Assembly (NCBI GenBank): GCA_043228905.1
Contig: JBHGNT010000014.1
Location: 11,160,001-11,224,000 of the forward strand
DNA from: Azolla caroliniana
Taxonomy: Eukaryota > Plantae > Polypodiophyta
Length of the DNA: 64,000 bases
Reading direction: 5' to 3'
Positions within the stretch are counted from its first letter, which is position 1. Each line of letters starts with the position of its first letter. Positions 10,877-22,100 of this stretch are shown here, piece after piece. Under the pieces are notes generated by a model, which did not search any database, was not told the DNA's origin, and saw only the letters and a list, made by a program, of their open reading frames with translations. Made by a program: the position numbers and the translations under genes.

Positions 10877-12926
10877 GGCGGGTGGCAAGGAGATGAAGAA
10901 TCAACAAGAGGCAATGAGCATAACGATGATGATGATGTTCGAGCGGATGCTACAAGAACAACGAGTGATGTCGGAGATCACGGGGGCAGTAAAGCGGCTC
11001 GTACAACGAAACGGACAATTCAACGGAAACGATGTGTCACGCTATCTACGTGACTACAATGCGGAGATGATACGATGTGGGATACCGGAAGGATTGCAAG
11101 TGACATCCTTCAATCGGGTGGCCACGGATGAGCTACAAGAGAGAATCCACAAGATACGGCAACAAAACTCGACATGGGGATCATTCGAAGAAGCTTTACG
11201 AGAGGCATATGATTACAAGAGATCAAAGGGACAAGATCGGCGAAAATTCGACGAATGGGTGGCATCGGAGAAGACCCACCGAAGTGCAACACAAGCATTC
11301 CTAGAGTTCGAGCATCGTTTTGCTCGAATCTCGGAGCGGGAACAACGATTGGTGGGAGAGGATAAAGTGCTAATGTTCGTAAAATCGATCGATCGAAAAG
11401 AAAGGATGGACATCGGGATCGAACTCGAAGACGATGAAGGTACGAATGGTCTTACCGAAGATTGGGCCGAAGTCCAAAGGGTATGCCGGAGACATGATGA
11501 GAGGAAGATGAGAATCTTGTCAACGACATGGCCGATGAAGGATGGTCGATTGAAGACAAACGATGGAGCCGATATGAAGGCCGAAATACAACATGATGGT
11601 GTGACGGAAGAGGGTGTAAAACAAGCTACCCTCTTGTCTTGCGAAAGAACAACGACGAAAGATAAGGCCAATAACCCAAGTGTAGAAGAAGATTTCGGAT
11701 TACAAGTGTCCGAAACATCGGGTGAAAAAGGGGTAAGCATAATTGATGCAGTGAAAGAGAGCAAAGAGGACTTGATTGAGGAGGTCGCCACGAAAGATGA
11801 CATCGAATCGAAGGTGGCTATAGACGAATCAACGACGGATGGCCATATCGAGACTTCCCCACCACTGATTCTAGAGACTCTGGCGGTTGCGTTCGAGAGG
11901 CAACGTGAGACCGAAGAGACGGAAGGTGGCGGAGAGAAAACAAAGGTCGAAGTCGATGCATACGACGGAGAGATAGCCGAGAATATGGCTATGGGTGAAA
12001 CAATGGAGGATGATAATACTGAGGATTCCTACCCACTAATCCTAGAGACTTCGGCGGTTGTGTCTGAGAAGCAACGTGAGACCGGAGAGACGGGAGGTGG
12101 CGGCAAGAAAGGTAAAGTCGGAAGCCAGTTAGGATGCAAGGTGATCCGGACGGGATTCCGATCCGAAAGAAAGCCGAACCGGGTAAAAGAGGATTCGACC
12201 AAAAGTCGACCCGAAAGAAAGCCGAACCGAAAGGAAGAGAATTCGGCTGAAAGACGACACAAACGAAAGCCGAACCGGGCGAATGAGGATTCGGCCGAAA
12301 GACGACCCGAAAGAAAGCCGACCCGAAAAGGGGTCGACTTGGTCAAAACCGGTCGACCGAGTCTGACTTGGCCGAACGCGAATATGGATGGAAGCCGACC
12401 TAGCCGAAAGCCGATCGGACGAGACCGATCCGGAAAGAAGCTAATTCGACTCAATCGGAGGTTGGACCAGTCGAGGCTGGTGAAAACGAGGAAAAGAAAG
12501 CCAACCGAAACCGAAACTGATAGATCGAAACCGGGTCGGAAGGAGACCGACTCAATCGAAACCAAACAACCGATTCCGATTCCGCCGAATACGAATCCGA
12601 TCGGAAGCCGATCAAACCGAAAGTTGATCGGACGAGAGCGATCCGGAAAAAAGTCAAGGTTGATGAAGACAAGAAAGAGCCCAGTAAAAGACACTACCAC
12701 GAATGAACAAAGAATATGGTGGATCGGATGGCAACAATGGTTCGGGTGGAAAGAATGGGTCTACTCAAAATGGAGAGACAAAGTTGACATAGCGGGACAA
12801 ACGGAGGATGAAGGGGAGACAACGAGCATCGGCAACTTCGGCACATACCGGAGGATGTGCGGGTTCGGAGGGGGCGAGTGTCGTAGTGTATTTCGTACAC
12901 TACGTGAAAAAGTAAAAATAATATAA
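10872..12926 (+). CDS. Gag-like protein with acidic linker and basic repeat tail (684 aa frame; first ATG 10893)
   Basis: Capsid-like N-terminus (FNGNDVSRYL..WGSFEEALREAY), duplicated PLILETxAV motif, 16-aa RxERKPNR repeats. Reads into the 3' LTR. Confidence 0.7.
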   Translation: MKAGGKEMKNQQEAMSITMMMMFERMLQEQRVMSEITGAVKRLVQRNGQFNGNDVSRYLRDYNAEMIRCGIPEGLQVTSFNRVATDELQERIHKIRQQNSTWGSFEEALREAYDYKRSKGQDRRKFDEWVASEKTHRSATQAFLEFEHRFARISEREQRLVGEDKVLMFVKSIDRKERMDIGIELEDDEGTNGLTEDWAEVQRVCRRHDERKMRILSTTWPMKDGRLKTNDGADMKAEIQHDGVTEEGVKQATLLSCERTTTKDKANNPSVEEDFGLQVSETSGEKGVSIIDAVKESKEDLIEEVATKDDIESKVAIDESTTDGHIETSPPLILETLAVAFERQRETEETEGGGEKTKVEVDAYDGEIAENMAMGETMEDDNTEDSYPLILETSAVVSEKQRETGETGGGGKKGKVGSQLGCKVIRTGFRSERKPNRVKEDSTKSRPERKPNRKEENSAERRHKRKPNRANEDSAERRPERKPTRKGVDLVKTGRPSLTWPNANMDGSRPSRKPIGRDRSGKKLIRLNRRLDQSRLVKTRKRKPTETETDRSKPGRKETDSIETKQPIPIPPNTNPIGSRSNRKLIGRERSGKKSRLMKTRKSPVKDTTTNEQRIWWIGWQQWFGWKEWVYSKWRDKVDIAGQTEDEGETTSIGNFGTYRRMCGFGGGECRSVFRTLREKVKII

Positions 12927-12979
12927 TCGATTTAATTACATATAAATAAATAAAATAATATATCAAGATATTTATCACG

Positions 12980-13051
12980 TGCATAGGGCAGGATTCGAAC
13001 CCTGTACCTCCACGTAGCCAAACCTCAACTTTACCATTATGCTACCTTATC
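12980..13051 (-). ncRNA. tRNA-derived Pol III-like unit in G1n 3' LTR (another copy at 10231-10302)
   Basis: A-box TAGCATAATGG (13044-13034) and perfect B-box GGTTCGAATCC (13001-12991) at tRNA spacing. Confidence 0.6.
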
Positions 13052-13602
13052 TTTAGTGTTTTAGAAATAGATTTAATAACTATAAGTGCTTTATTTGCGC
13101 CTACCTTTATTAAAAGGTAAATCGTGCATTTTTTAGAGTGCGTGAATATTTTATAGAAAAACGCAAGCAACAAAAAAGTGACTCATGCACATCTAGCGTG
13201 CATGAGCACTATATTTAGCAAATAAAAGCAAGGATTAGAAAAGCATCACATGCACATTTAGTGTGCATGAACATATTAGAAAAAGCATGTAGTTATGCTT
13301 AGTCTCTCCCATCACTATATAAGGATGGGGAGCACATTGTAGTTTTTTGTTGATTATTTTTCTATAATAATCAATCAATCTAAAATATTCGTGGGATTCA
13401 CGAATTTGGTAAAATAATTCTCTCTTACTACCTAAATATTGACTAAATATACTAAACTCGTGGGATTCACGAGATTCTTATCTTATAACTCTTTATACCT
13501 ATTCTTTACTAGCCTTATTTGTATTTTTCTTTTCTCCTAGTCCAAAACCTCGGCGGTTCCCACCCGACTCACGCAAACGATCCGGAGCCGAAAGGCACAC
13601 CG

Positions 13603-15057
13603 TGTCGTGCCTTTCGGCTCCGGATCGTTGCGTGAGTCGGGTGAGAACCACTGAGGTTTTGGACTAGGAGAAAGAAAAATACAAATAAGGCTAGTATAGA
13701 ATAGGTATAAAGAGTTATAAGATAAGAATCTCGTGAATCCCACGAGTTTAGTATATTTAGTCAATATTTAGGTAGTAAGAGAGAATTATTTTAGCAAATT
13801 CGTGAATCCCACGAATATTTTAGATTGATTGATCATTATAGAAAAATAATCAACAAAAACTACAATGTGCTCCCCATCCTTATATAGTGATGGGAGAGAC
13901 TAAGCATAGCTACATGCTTTTTTTCTAATATGTTCATGCACACTAAATGTGCATATGATGCTTTTCTAATCCTTGCTTTTATTTGCTAAATATAGTGCTC
14001 ATGCACGCTAGATGTGCATGAGTCACTTTTTAGTTGCTTGCGTTTTTCTATAAAATATTCACGCACTCTAAAAATGCACGATTCACCTTTTAATAAAGGT
14101 AGGTGCAAATAAAGCACTTATAGTTATTAAATCTATTTGTAGAACACTAAAGATAAGGTAGCATAATGGTAAAGTTGAGGTTTGGCTACGTGGAGGTACA
14201 AGGTTCGAATCTTGCCCTATCCACGTGATAAATATCTTGATATATTATTTTATTTATTTATATGTAATTAAATCGGTTATATTATTTTTACTTTTTCACG
14301 TAGTGTACGAAATACACTACGACACTCGCCCCCTCCGAACCCGCACATCCTCCGGTATGTGCCGAAGTTGCCGATGCTCGTTGTCTCCCCTTCATCCTCC
14401 GTTTGTCCCGCTATGTCAACTTTGTCTCTCCATTTTGAGTAGACCCATTCTTTCCACCCGAACCATTGTCGCCATCCGATCCACCATATTCTTTGTTCTC
14501 TCTCGTCATATTCTTGGCCCTTGTCATTCGTGGTAGTGTCTTTTACTGGCCTCTTTCTTGTCTTCATCAACCTTGACTTTTTTCCGGATCGCTCTCGTCC
14601 GATCGACTTTCGGTTTGATCGGCTTCCGATCGGATTCGTATTCGGCCGAATCGGAATGGGTTGTTCGGTTTTGATTGAGTCGGTCTCCTTCCGGCCCGGT
14701 TTCGATCTATCGGTTTTGGTTTCGGTTGGCTTTCTTTTCCTCGTTTTCACCAGCCTCGACCGGTCCAACCTCCGGTTGAGTCGAATTAGCTTCTTTCCGG
14801 ATCGGTCTCGTCCGATTGGCTTTCGGCTAGGTCGGCTTCCATCCATATTCGCGTTCGGCCAAGTCAGACTCGGTCGATCGGTTTTGACCGAGTCGACCCT
14901 TTTTCGGTTCGGCTTTCTTTCGGGTCGTCTTTCGGCCGAATTCTCATTCGCCCGGTTCGGCTTTCGTTTGTGTCGTCTTTCGGACGAATTCTCTTCCTTT
15001 CGGTTCGGCTTTCTTTCGGGTCGACTTTCGGTCGAATCCTCTTTTACCCGGTTCGGC
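13603..15057 (-). mobile_element. Second G1n copy in inverted orientation (3' LTR 13603-14324 plus ORF 3' end), running into the gap
   Basis: Reverse-complement match to 12173-13598 with SNPs and a 27-bp in-frame indel. PPT present. Confidence 0.85.
14152..14251 (+). ncRNA. tRNA-derived Pol III-like unit in LTR of inverted G1n copy
   Basis: GATAAGG, A-box 14159-14169, B-box 14202-14212, CCCTATC-CA, then TTTT at 14248-14251. Confidence 0.6.
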
Positions 15058-15157
15058 NNNNNNNNNNNNNNNNNNNNNNNNNNNNNNNNNNNNNNNNNNN
15101 NNNNNNNNNNNNNNNNNNNNNNNNNNNNNNNNNNNNNNNNNNNNNNNNNNNNNNNNN
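15058..15157. other. Assembly gap (100 N)
   Basis: Run of N. The flanks belong to different elements. Confidence 1.
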
Positions 15158-17370
15158 AGGCCGAAGATACCCCCTTAGAGAGCGAAGAGCCCCGCGAAGA
15201 TTTCTGGATGAAGAACGTGTACTGCTAACCAATGAGGGGGAGTCGGAAAGCTACGAAGAAGCTAAGAAAGATACCCACAACCGAGAGTGGTTACGTGCCA
15301 TGCAAGAGGAGATGGATTCCTTGCATGAGAACCACACATATGAACTGATCAAGTTGTCGAATGGGAAGAATGCACTTTGAAATAAGTGGGTATACAAGTT
15401 GAAACCAGGAGATGGCTGAAATCCACCCAGATACAAAGCATGAATTGTCGTAAAAGAGTTTCAATAGAAGAAGGGCGTGGATTTCGACGAAATATTTGCC
15501 CCGGTAGTGAAAATGACATCCATCCGAACCGTGTTGAGCATTGCGGCTAGCATGGATCTCGAAGTCGAACAATTGGATGTCAAGACGGAATTTCTGCATG
15601 GAGATATCAAAGAGGAGATATATATGCTGCAGCCTGAAGGATTCATAATGAAAGGTAAAGAAAGCCCGGTATGCCGATTGAGGAAGAGCCTGTACGGGTT
15701 GAAGCAGGCTCCACGGCAATGGTACCAAAAATTCGAATCCTTCATGACCAAAAACGGGTACCACAAAACGCAGGCCGATCATTGCGTATTTGTGAAGAAG
15801 TTCGATGGAGGAGATTTCCTCATCCTTTTGTTGTACGTGGACGACATGCTATTGTCGAACGGGACCATATTAAGATCCGAGCACTGAAGAAGGCCTTGAA
15901 CGGGTCATTCTCGATGAAGGATATGGGTCCGGTAAAGCAAATCCTGGGTATGCACATTATTTGGGACAGAACAAAGAAATTGCTATGGCTGTCACAGGAG
16001 AAATATGTGACAAAGGTGCTCCAGAGATTTGACATGGAAGGCGCGAAACCGGTCAGCTCGACACTGCCGACGAACTGCAAGTTGAGTAAAGATCATTGTG
16101 CAAAATCGAAAACCAAAAAGGCCAAGATGTCGAAAGTCCCCTATGCCTCGGTGGTTGGAAGCCTGATGTACGCAATGGTGTGTACCGGGCCGGACATTGG
16201 ATACGTCGTCGGAGTGGTTAGCCGATATATGAGCAATCCCGGGAAAGAGCATTGTGTTGCCGTGAAATGGATATTTCAGTACTTGAGAGGGACCTCGAAT
16301 GTGTGTCTTCGTTTCAACTAAGGTAACCACACATTGGAAGGCTACACGGATTTGGACATGTCAGCTGATGTAGATACCAGCCGATCCACGTCCGAATACG
16401 TAATGACGTATGCAGGGGGAGCTGTCTCGTGGCAATCGAGGTTGCAGAAGGCCGTGACGTTGTCGACCATGGAAGCCGATTACATGGCCGTAGCGGAAGC
16501 CGGCAAGGAAATCGTATGGATGAAGGAGTTTATTAGTGAGCTAGGAATTTGACAGGAAGAATTCCGACTCTATTGCAATAATCAGAGTGCCATCCACCTT
16601 GCAAAAAATGCCGCCTACCACTCGAGGACAAAGCACATCCAATTGAGGTATCATTGGCTCCGAGAGAGGGTAGAAGAAAGGGATTTCGCTCTAGTGAAGG
16701 TCCACACAACCGAAAATGGATTAGATATGTTGACTAAAGTATTACCAGCCGAAAAGCTGAGCGCGTGCCGACGGAAGATCGGATCTGTGCAGTACCCCAT
16801 GCCGGAGTGAAGGGGGAGTTTGTTAGGAAACGTGTCCCACCGGATGGGCCTCGGCCGAACCTGAAATCATGTAGACAGCCAACTCGGAAGACTATACTTG
16901 AAAATAGTCTAAATATGCCCTTATGGGCTACACTTGTAAATAACCCAAAAGGTGTACTAGTATAAGTACTTAGGGCAATCATAATGTGATGATCAATCAT
17001 TATTAAAAGTTACTTAGAAGGTCGTTGCCTCTGTAATTGCATAATAGTAAGTGAGTGAGAGTGAGAGAGTGTGTAACTGTGTAGCCGTCTGTTGACAAAG
17101 TAGAATCTTGAGGTCGTTGCCTCAGAGCTTCTAGTTGTACTCCTCCTTTTAGCATAGTGATTCTGTTTCTCGGGGTTTGTGGACCCCCGTGGTTTTCCCA
17201 TTTCGGGTTTCCACGTTAAGATCGTGTGTTTTTGTCTCTTGTGCTATTTCTATTTGCGTACTCTATCTGAGTGCATTCTACCTTACGTTCCCTGCACCCG
17301 ACCATCCGAACGATAAGCTGGTTGTGGCCGGTCTGGATTCTCGACACTTCACTCATCCTTATCCCTCAAA
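15158..17370 (+). mobile_element. Ty1/Copia element C3, 3' part (RT, RNase H, PPT, 3' LTR ~16821-17370), C2-related
   Basis: QLDVKTEFLHG, YVDD, YTDLDMSADVDTSRST, TKHIQLRYH. PPT GAAGGGGGAGTT precedes TGTTAGG. Right LTR end approximate. Confidence 0.85.
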
Positions 17371-19109
17371 AGAATTTGCTTCTTAAGTCCACATCAACCA
17401 TCTCGTCGATTACCACCAAATTCCTGTACAAATAATAGCAAAATGATTATAAAATGTTTCCTCATCCCCTCATATATTTGCTTCAGCCCCCACACGATCG
17501 TCACTCATCCTCTCGTTATGGCAATATGATGTAAAGACAATAACTACATGACAACAATGACAAGACGATCCTATTTTCTGCACTCCCTAAGAAAACTAAA
17601 ATCTTCTTCCTTCTATCCACATAACTTCTCACCGACCAACTTGCCATGTCGCTCCTTATCTCCTTATCTCCTTTTTTCTTTACTCTAACTATTCTAAGTG
17701 ATAACTAGGTCCATAACAATCTCATCTTGTATCTTAATTTGCACCACATTAGAATAAGCATATGACCATCTTAATCCTTGAAAAAACATATGATATTGTG
17801 ACCGATTATCTATAAACCCCTCTTATAACTAGTGTAGTCTTGCCTTTTGATAACTTTGGCAATACAAATTCTTCACAGTGTTCTCTAATTGAACTTGAAG
17901 ATCTAAAGGCTCTTCACCATGTGGATTATGCATCAATAATACATTGTATCGTGTAAGAATATGTGAAAACTTATCAATCAATTGCTTACATATTTTAGCA
18001 TTGGTCAAACCATACATATGATGATTATCATCAATGTTTTTTACTATTGTATCCCATGCATGCCATCCCTTTGAATTAAGACATTATGAAAATACCAAAG
18101 GAACACTATCAAGTAACATTCTATAAATATCTATTACATGTTTATAAAACTTGAAACATTTGGGGAAAATGATATGATGATACAACCTCTTGCGCAACTG
18201 ACATACTAAGCATATCTAGGAAAAAGGACTCATCATGCATAACTTACATTCGGTCGAACCTACTCCATGCTTCCTGATATTGCATATTCATAGTCTGAAA
18301 TGTAAATCCAATGTTATATTTATGCAACCATTTCCATACATACAACCTTAAAATCTTTAATGTTAGTTTGTCCCAAACATCTTGCTCAAAAGAATCCATT
18401 AACAAGAATCATGAAGTAAATTATGATGCATCAACCTATGTACATGTTAAAATCACCAATTAACAAACCAACATGACCTAGTGAAAACCTTGGATACATA
18501 GAAGACCATTATTGAATGTGTTTATTAACAGTGTTGGGTTTATAAATTCCGACCAATCATATCAAAATATTGAAGTACTCGACTTCCATTACCAAAAAGC
18601 ATCTATATGGATCATTATAGACAAATGTGGACAAATCAAATCATGAATAATAATGACTACACCTAAATAATGATATGATAACTGACCTACATAATATGCG
18701 TAATGTCCACACAAATATCATAGATCCTGCTAAATCATGGCACATTATATTCAACTACACATAACATATCCCATTCCTAATTTAACTAAAGTTTTCCATA
18801 TTATATATGTACGAGAAGATGATCCTTGCACATTCAGTTAACATCTTTTGCGAGTAACAATATGCATAAATGTTACTAATTGCTTGTTCAAGAACCACAT
18901 AATGATTTATGTGTACTACATCCCCTCCACTAATCATAGAATTTTGTTGTCTAGCCCCATGAGTATGACATCCTTGATTAAATTGAGATTGCACCACCAT
19001 TTTTCAAGAATCAAACTATAACTAGTTCTAGATAATCTCCGATTTCATACATGTTTTGCCAAGTATCTCTCTTGAAGCCCTCATTCATTCTCAAATTACC
19101 TTTTGGTAA

Positions 19110-22100
19110 TGTTAAGAATTAGGTGATTAACTACGGGTTAATTAGTACCTAATTATGTGATTAGTTGATAAGTGGAAGATTAAGTGATATGTGTGTGTAT
19201 GTGTGTGAGAGGAAGAGAGAGAGAGGAAGTTAACACTTATGAACAACACAAGATGCGGGATGATTAACTCTATATTAACTTAGGATTATCATCATCAAAT
19301 ACAAAAATACCTACAATGAGGTATATATAGATCTCATGTGCAAGGGTACACATGTGTGAAGATAATATAGGTACAAAAGTGTAAGTCCTATATTAAATGT
19401 ACTTGGGAGTGGAGGATCTAGAATATCCCACTTAAGTACAAGGTCCTATTTAAGGCGTTATAGTCAACACTTCTAACTAGATTCTATCTAGGTAACTACG
19501 AAGTTACATGGTTGACTAACTAACTAAACTAAGTTGAGCTTGATCTCTCAACATGCCCCCTCAAGCTCAAGTGTGAGGCATCTGACATCCGGTTCTGCGT
19601 TCGGCGTTGTCCGGCTTTCGATGTCGACTTCTGTGCGTCTTCCGTCCGGCCTTCGGCTGTCTTTGCCGTGGAAATATCTTCCACCCATCGTGGGTTATGT
19701 GCCGCTTCGGTGGAGCTCTTGTGCTCTTGTTTGGCCGCTACCTCCATCGCGAAGGCATAGTGAGGCCATGTACTCGTTGTAGTCGAGCCGAGTGACGGGG
19801 TTCTTAGCTCTAGATGAGCGTCAAAGTTTTTCGCTCGCCGATGTGAGTGCCTTCTTTACTCTGGGTGTCCGCATGATGGGTACACCGAACTCATTGTCTA
19901 GTGAGGGAGCTGACTCATTTGAATCACTGTCGTCGGGGTGGTCGACTTTGTATTCAGGTATCTTACCTTTGAGTTTTTCCAACTTCGTGCTTGGGTCGCA
20001 TGGGGGCTCTTGTGGCCCACTAGGCCTTGTCGTAATTGGACTTTCTTTGAACAGGTGTTCGAAGCGATCTCCATCTTCTACCTCTTGTTCGGTGGATTCC
20101 GGGTCAAGCGGAGGATGCGAACTCGTCGAAGACTACGTCTCGACTTACCCGAACCGCTCGAGTAGAAGGGTTGTAGCACTTGTATGCCTTCTTCTCGGAT
20201 GAGTATCCTATGAGGATACATTCCCCCAACTTTGTGTCAGGTTTATGTCGTTGTTCGTTCGGGATGCGTACATTCGCAATGCTTCCGAACACCTTGAGGT
20301 GCGATTCGATCGACTTCCTTCCGACGAGGAGCTTGTATGGAGTTAACTCATGCACTCCATTAGTGGTGCACCGGTTCATGAGATAGATGGTCGTGGATGC
20401 CGCTTCAGCCCAATAGAAATTCGGCATGTGCTTTTCATGCATCATGACGCATGCTACCTCGAGTATTTGCCGATTTTTCCTTTCGGCTACTCCATTTTGT
20501 TGGGATGTGTGTCAATATGAGAATTCTCTCCGAATGCCTTCACTTTGGAGGTAAGAGGTGAATTCATCGGAGAAGTACTCCTTTCTTCCGTCCGATTGTA
20601 GGCATCAAATGTGCCGACCAGTTTCTTTTTCGATTTGGCCCTTGAGCTTTTGGAAGTGGGAGACCACTTCACTCTTCTTCTTCATCGGGAAGATCCACAT
20701 GTAGTGCGAGTAGTTGTCGATGAAGGTGATGTAGAATCGGCATCTGCCGATCGTTGGCGTTTGAACCGGTCCCCATACATCCGAGTATATGACGTCGAGG
20801 AGGCCTTTGCTCGCATAGCTCTCCATTGGGAATGAGAGTCGATGTTGTTTGCTCAGTTGGCATGCTTCACATACTCGGTTGACTTGTTTCGACTCGAATG
20901 TCGGAAGTCCGATGACGACTCCCATTGATTGCATTGCTCGAAGCCGTTGGAAGTTTATGTGGCCAATTCTTTTGTGCTACAACTCGATGTTTGTGTCGGT
21001 GTGGAGACCTTCGGCATACATGACCGATTTCACCTCGTTCGAATCGAGGATGAACATTCGACCGTCTCTCCATCCCATGGCTATGAGTCGGCCATCTTTC
21101 TCGATGAAACAACCTTCGTTATTGAAGTGGACTTGCATGCTTTGCTGTACGATTTGGCCGACTAAGACCAAATTCTTCATTATTGTGGGCACGTGCAAGA
21201 AATTCTTGATGCAATTTTGTTCGCCTTCTTTCCCGAATGGGACATTGTCAATGTGCCGAATGGGATGTGTGGTGTCGTCTCCCGTCTCTATGAAGCCAGG
21301 TTGATCTGATGATGTAGGCAAGTCATTGAACCACTGTTTGTGGGATGTCATATGATGTGAGGCACCGGAATCGAACAACCACACGTCTTCCGAATTGGAG
21401 GTGTTTGCGGAGTTGGAGGCCGACATAGAGTTCGCTCTATGCATCATTACGAATAGTCTGTCGTAGTCGTCGTATTCGGAGTTGGTGGCGTAATTCGTGA
21501 GTTGTCGACTTGTCGAAGCCGACTCGCTTCTTCTTTTTCGGCACTCCTCCTTGTGTGGTCGATTTTTTCGCAATAATTGCAAGTTGCGGGCCTCATTTGC
21601 CGACCTTCTATAGAAGCTCCCCCTTCTTCTGAAGATTCCTTGATGGCTTCCATCTTGTTGTCGAAGGTTTGAGTTCCCTTCGTGTGATGGGTCGAATCAA
21701 CCTCTTCTACTGCCTCGACCTCGTCCTCGGCCACCATCTGAATTTGAGAAGAACACTTGTCCTTCCCATGTATTGGTTTTGGTTTGGACGTGGTTCTCTT
21801 CAACCATTAGCATTGATTGAAGGTCGAAGAACGAAGGAGGATTTCCCTCGCCAAGATTGTTGTCCTCAACGAGTCGAATCGTTGTGCGAGGCCGCCCAAG
21901 CATACTTGAACCATCTCATCTTCCTCGACGTTTATTTTGATGGAGCCAAGCGAGTCACAAATGCTCTTGATCTTGGCGGTGTAGTCTGACATTGACATGT
22001 CTTTTTGCCGAATGTTGTTCAACTCTTGTCGGAGCCGAAGCTTTCGGGCGGTTGTGTTGGTGGCAAACATTTTCTTTAAGTTCGCCCACGCTTCTTTAGG

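Larger units (their letters stand above)
10129..13598 (+). mobile_element. Non-autonomous Gag-only Gypsy element G1n (TR-GAG-like): LTRs 10129-10854 and 12879-13598
   Basis: Two near-identical ~720-bp LTRs homologous to the G1 LTR, a PBS, a PPT identical to that of G1, one long ORF and no pol. The last bases of the 3' LTR are disrupted and no right TSD is visible. Confidence 0.9.

Noticed and set aside
12029-12700. 223-aa antisense ORF in G1n (and 14521-15057 in the sister copy)
   Set aside because: Low-complexity F/R/S shadow of the purine-rich repeat region with no recognisable domain.
12980-13051. Functional tRNA gene
   Set aside because: The anticodon stem does not pair and the T and acceptor stems are imperfect. 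Kept only as a tRNA-derived module.
10129-14324. LTR1 sharing variants with the inverted LTR3 rather than with its partner LTR2
   Set aside because: LTR3 shares variants with both, consistent with an outgroup showing ancestral states. Recombination is not required.
15158-17370. Continuation of Copia C2 after the G1n insertion
   Set aside because: It repeats the RT region already present in C2, is diverged and has a different LTR, so it is a separate element across the gap.
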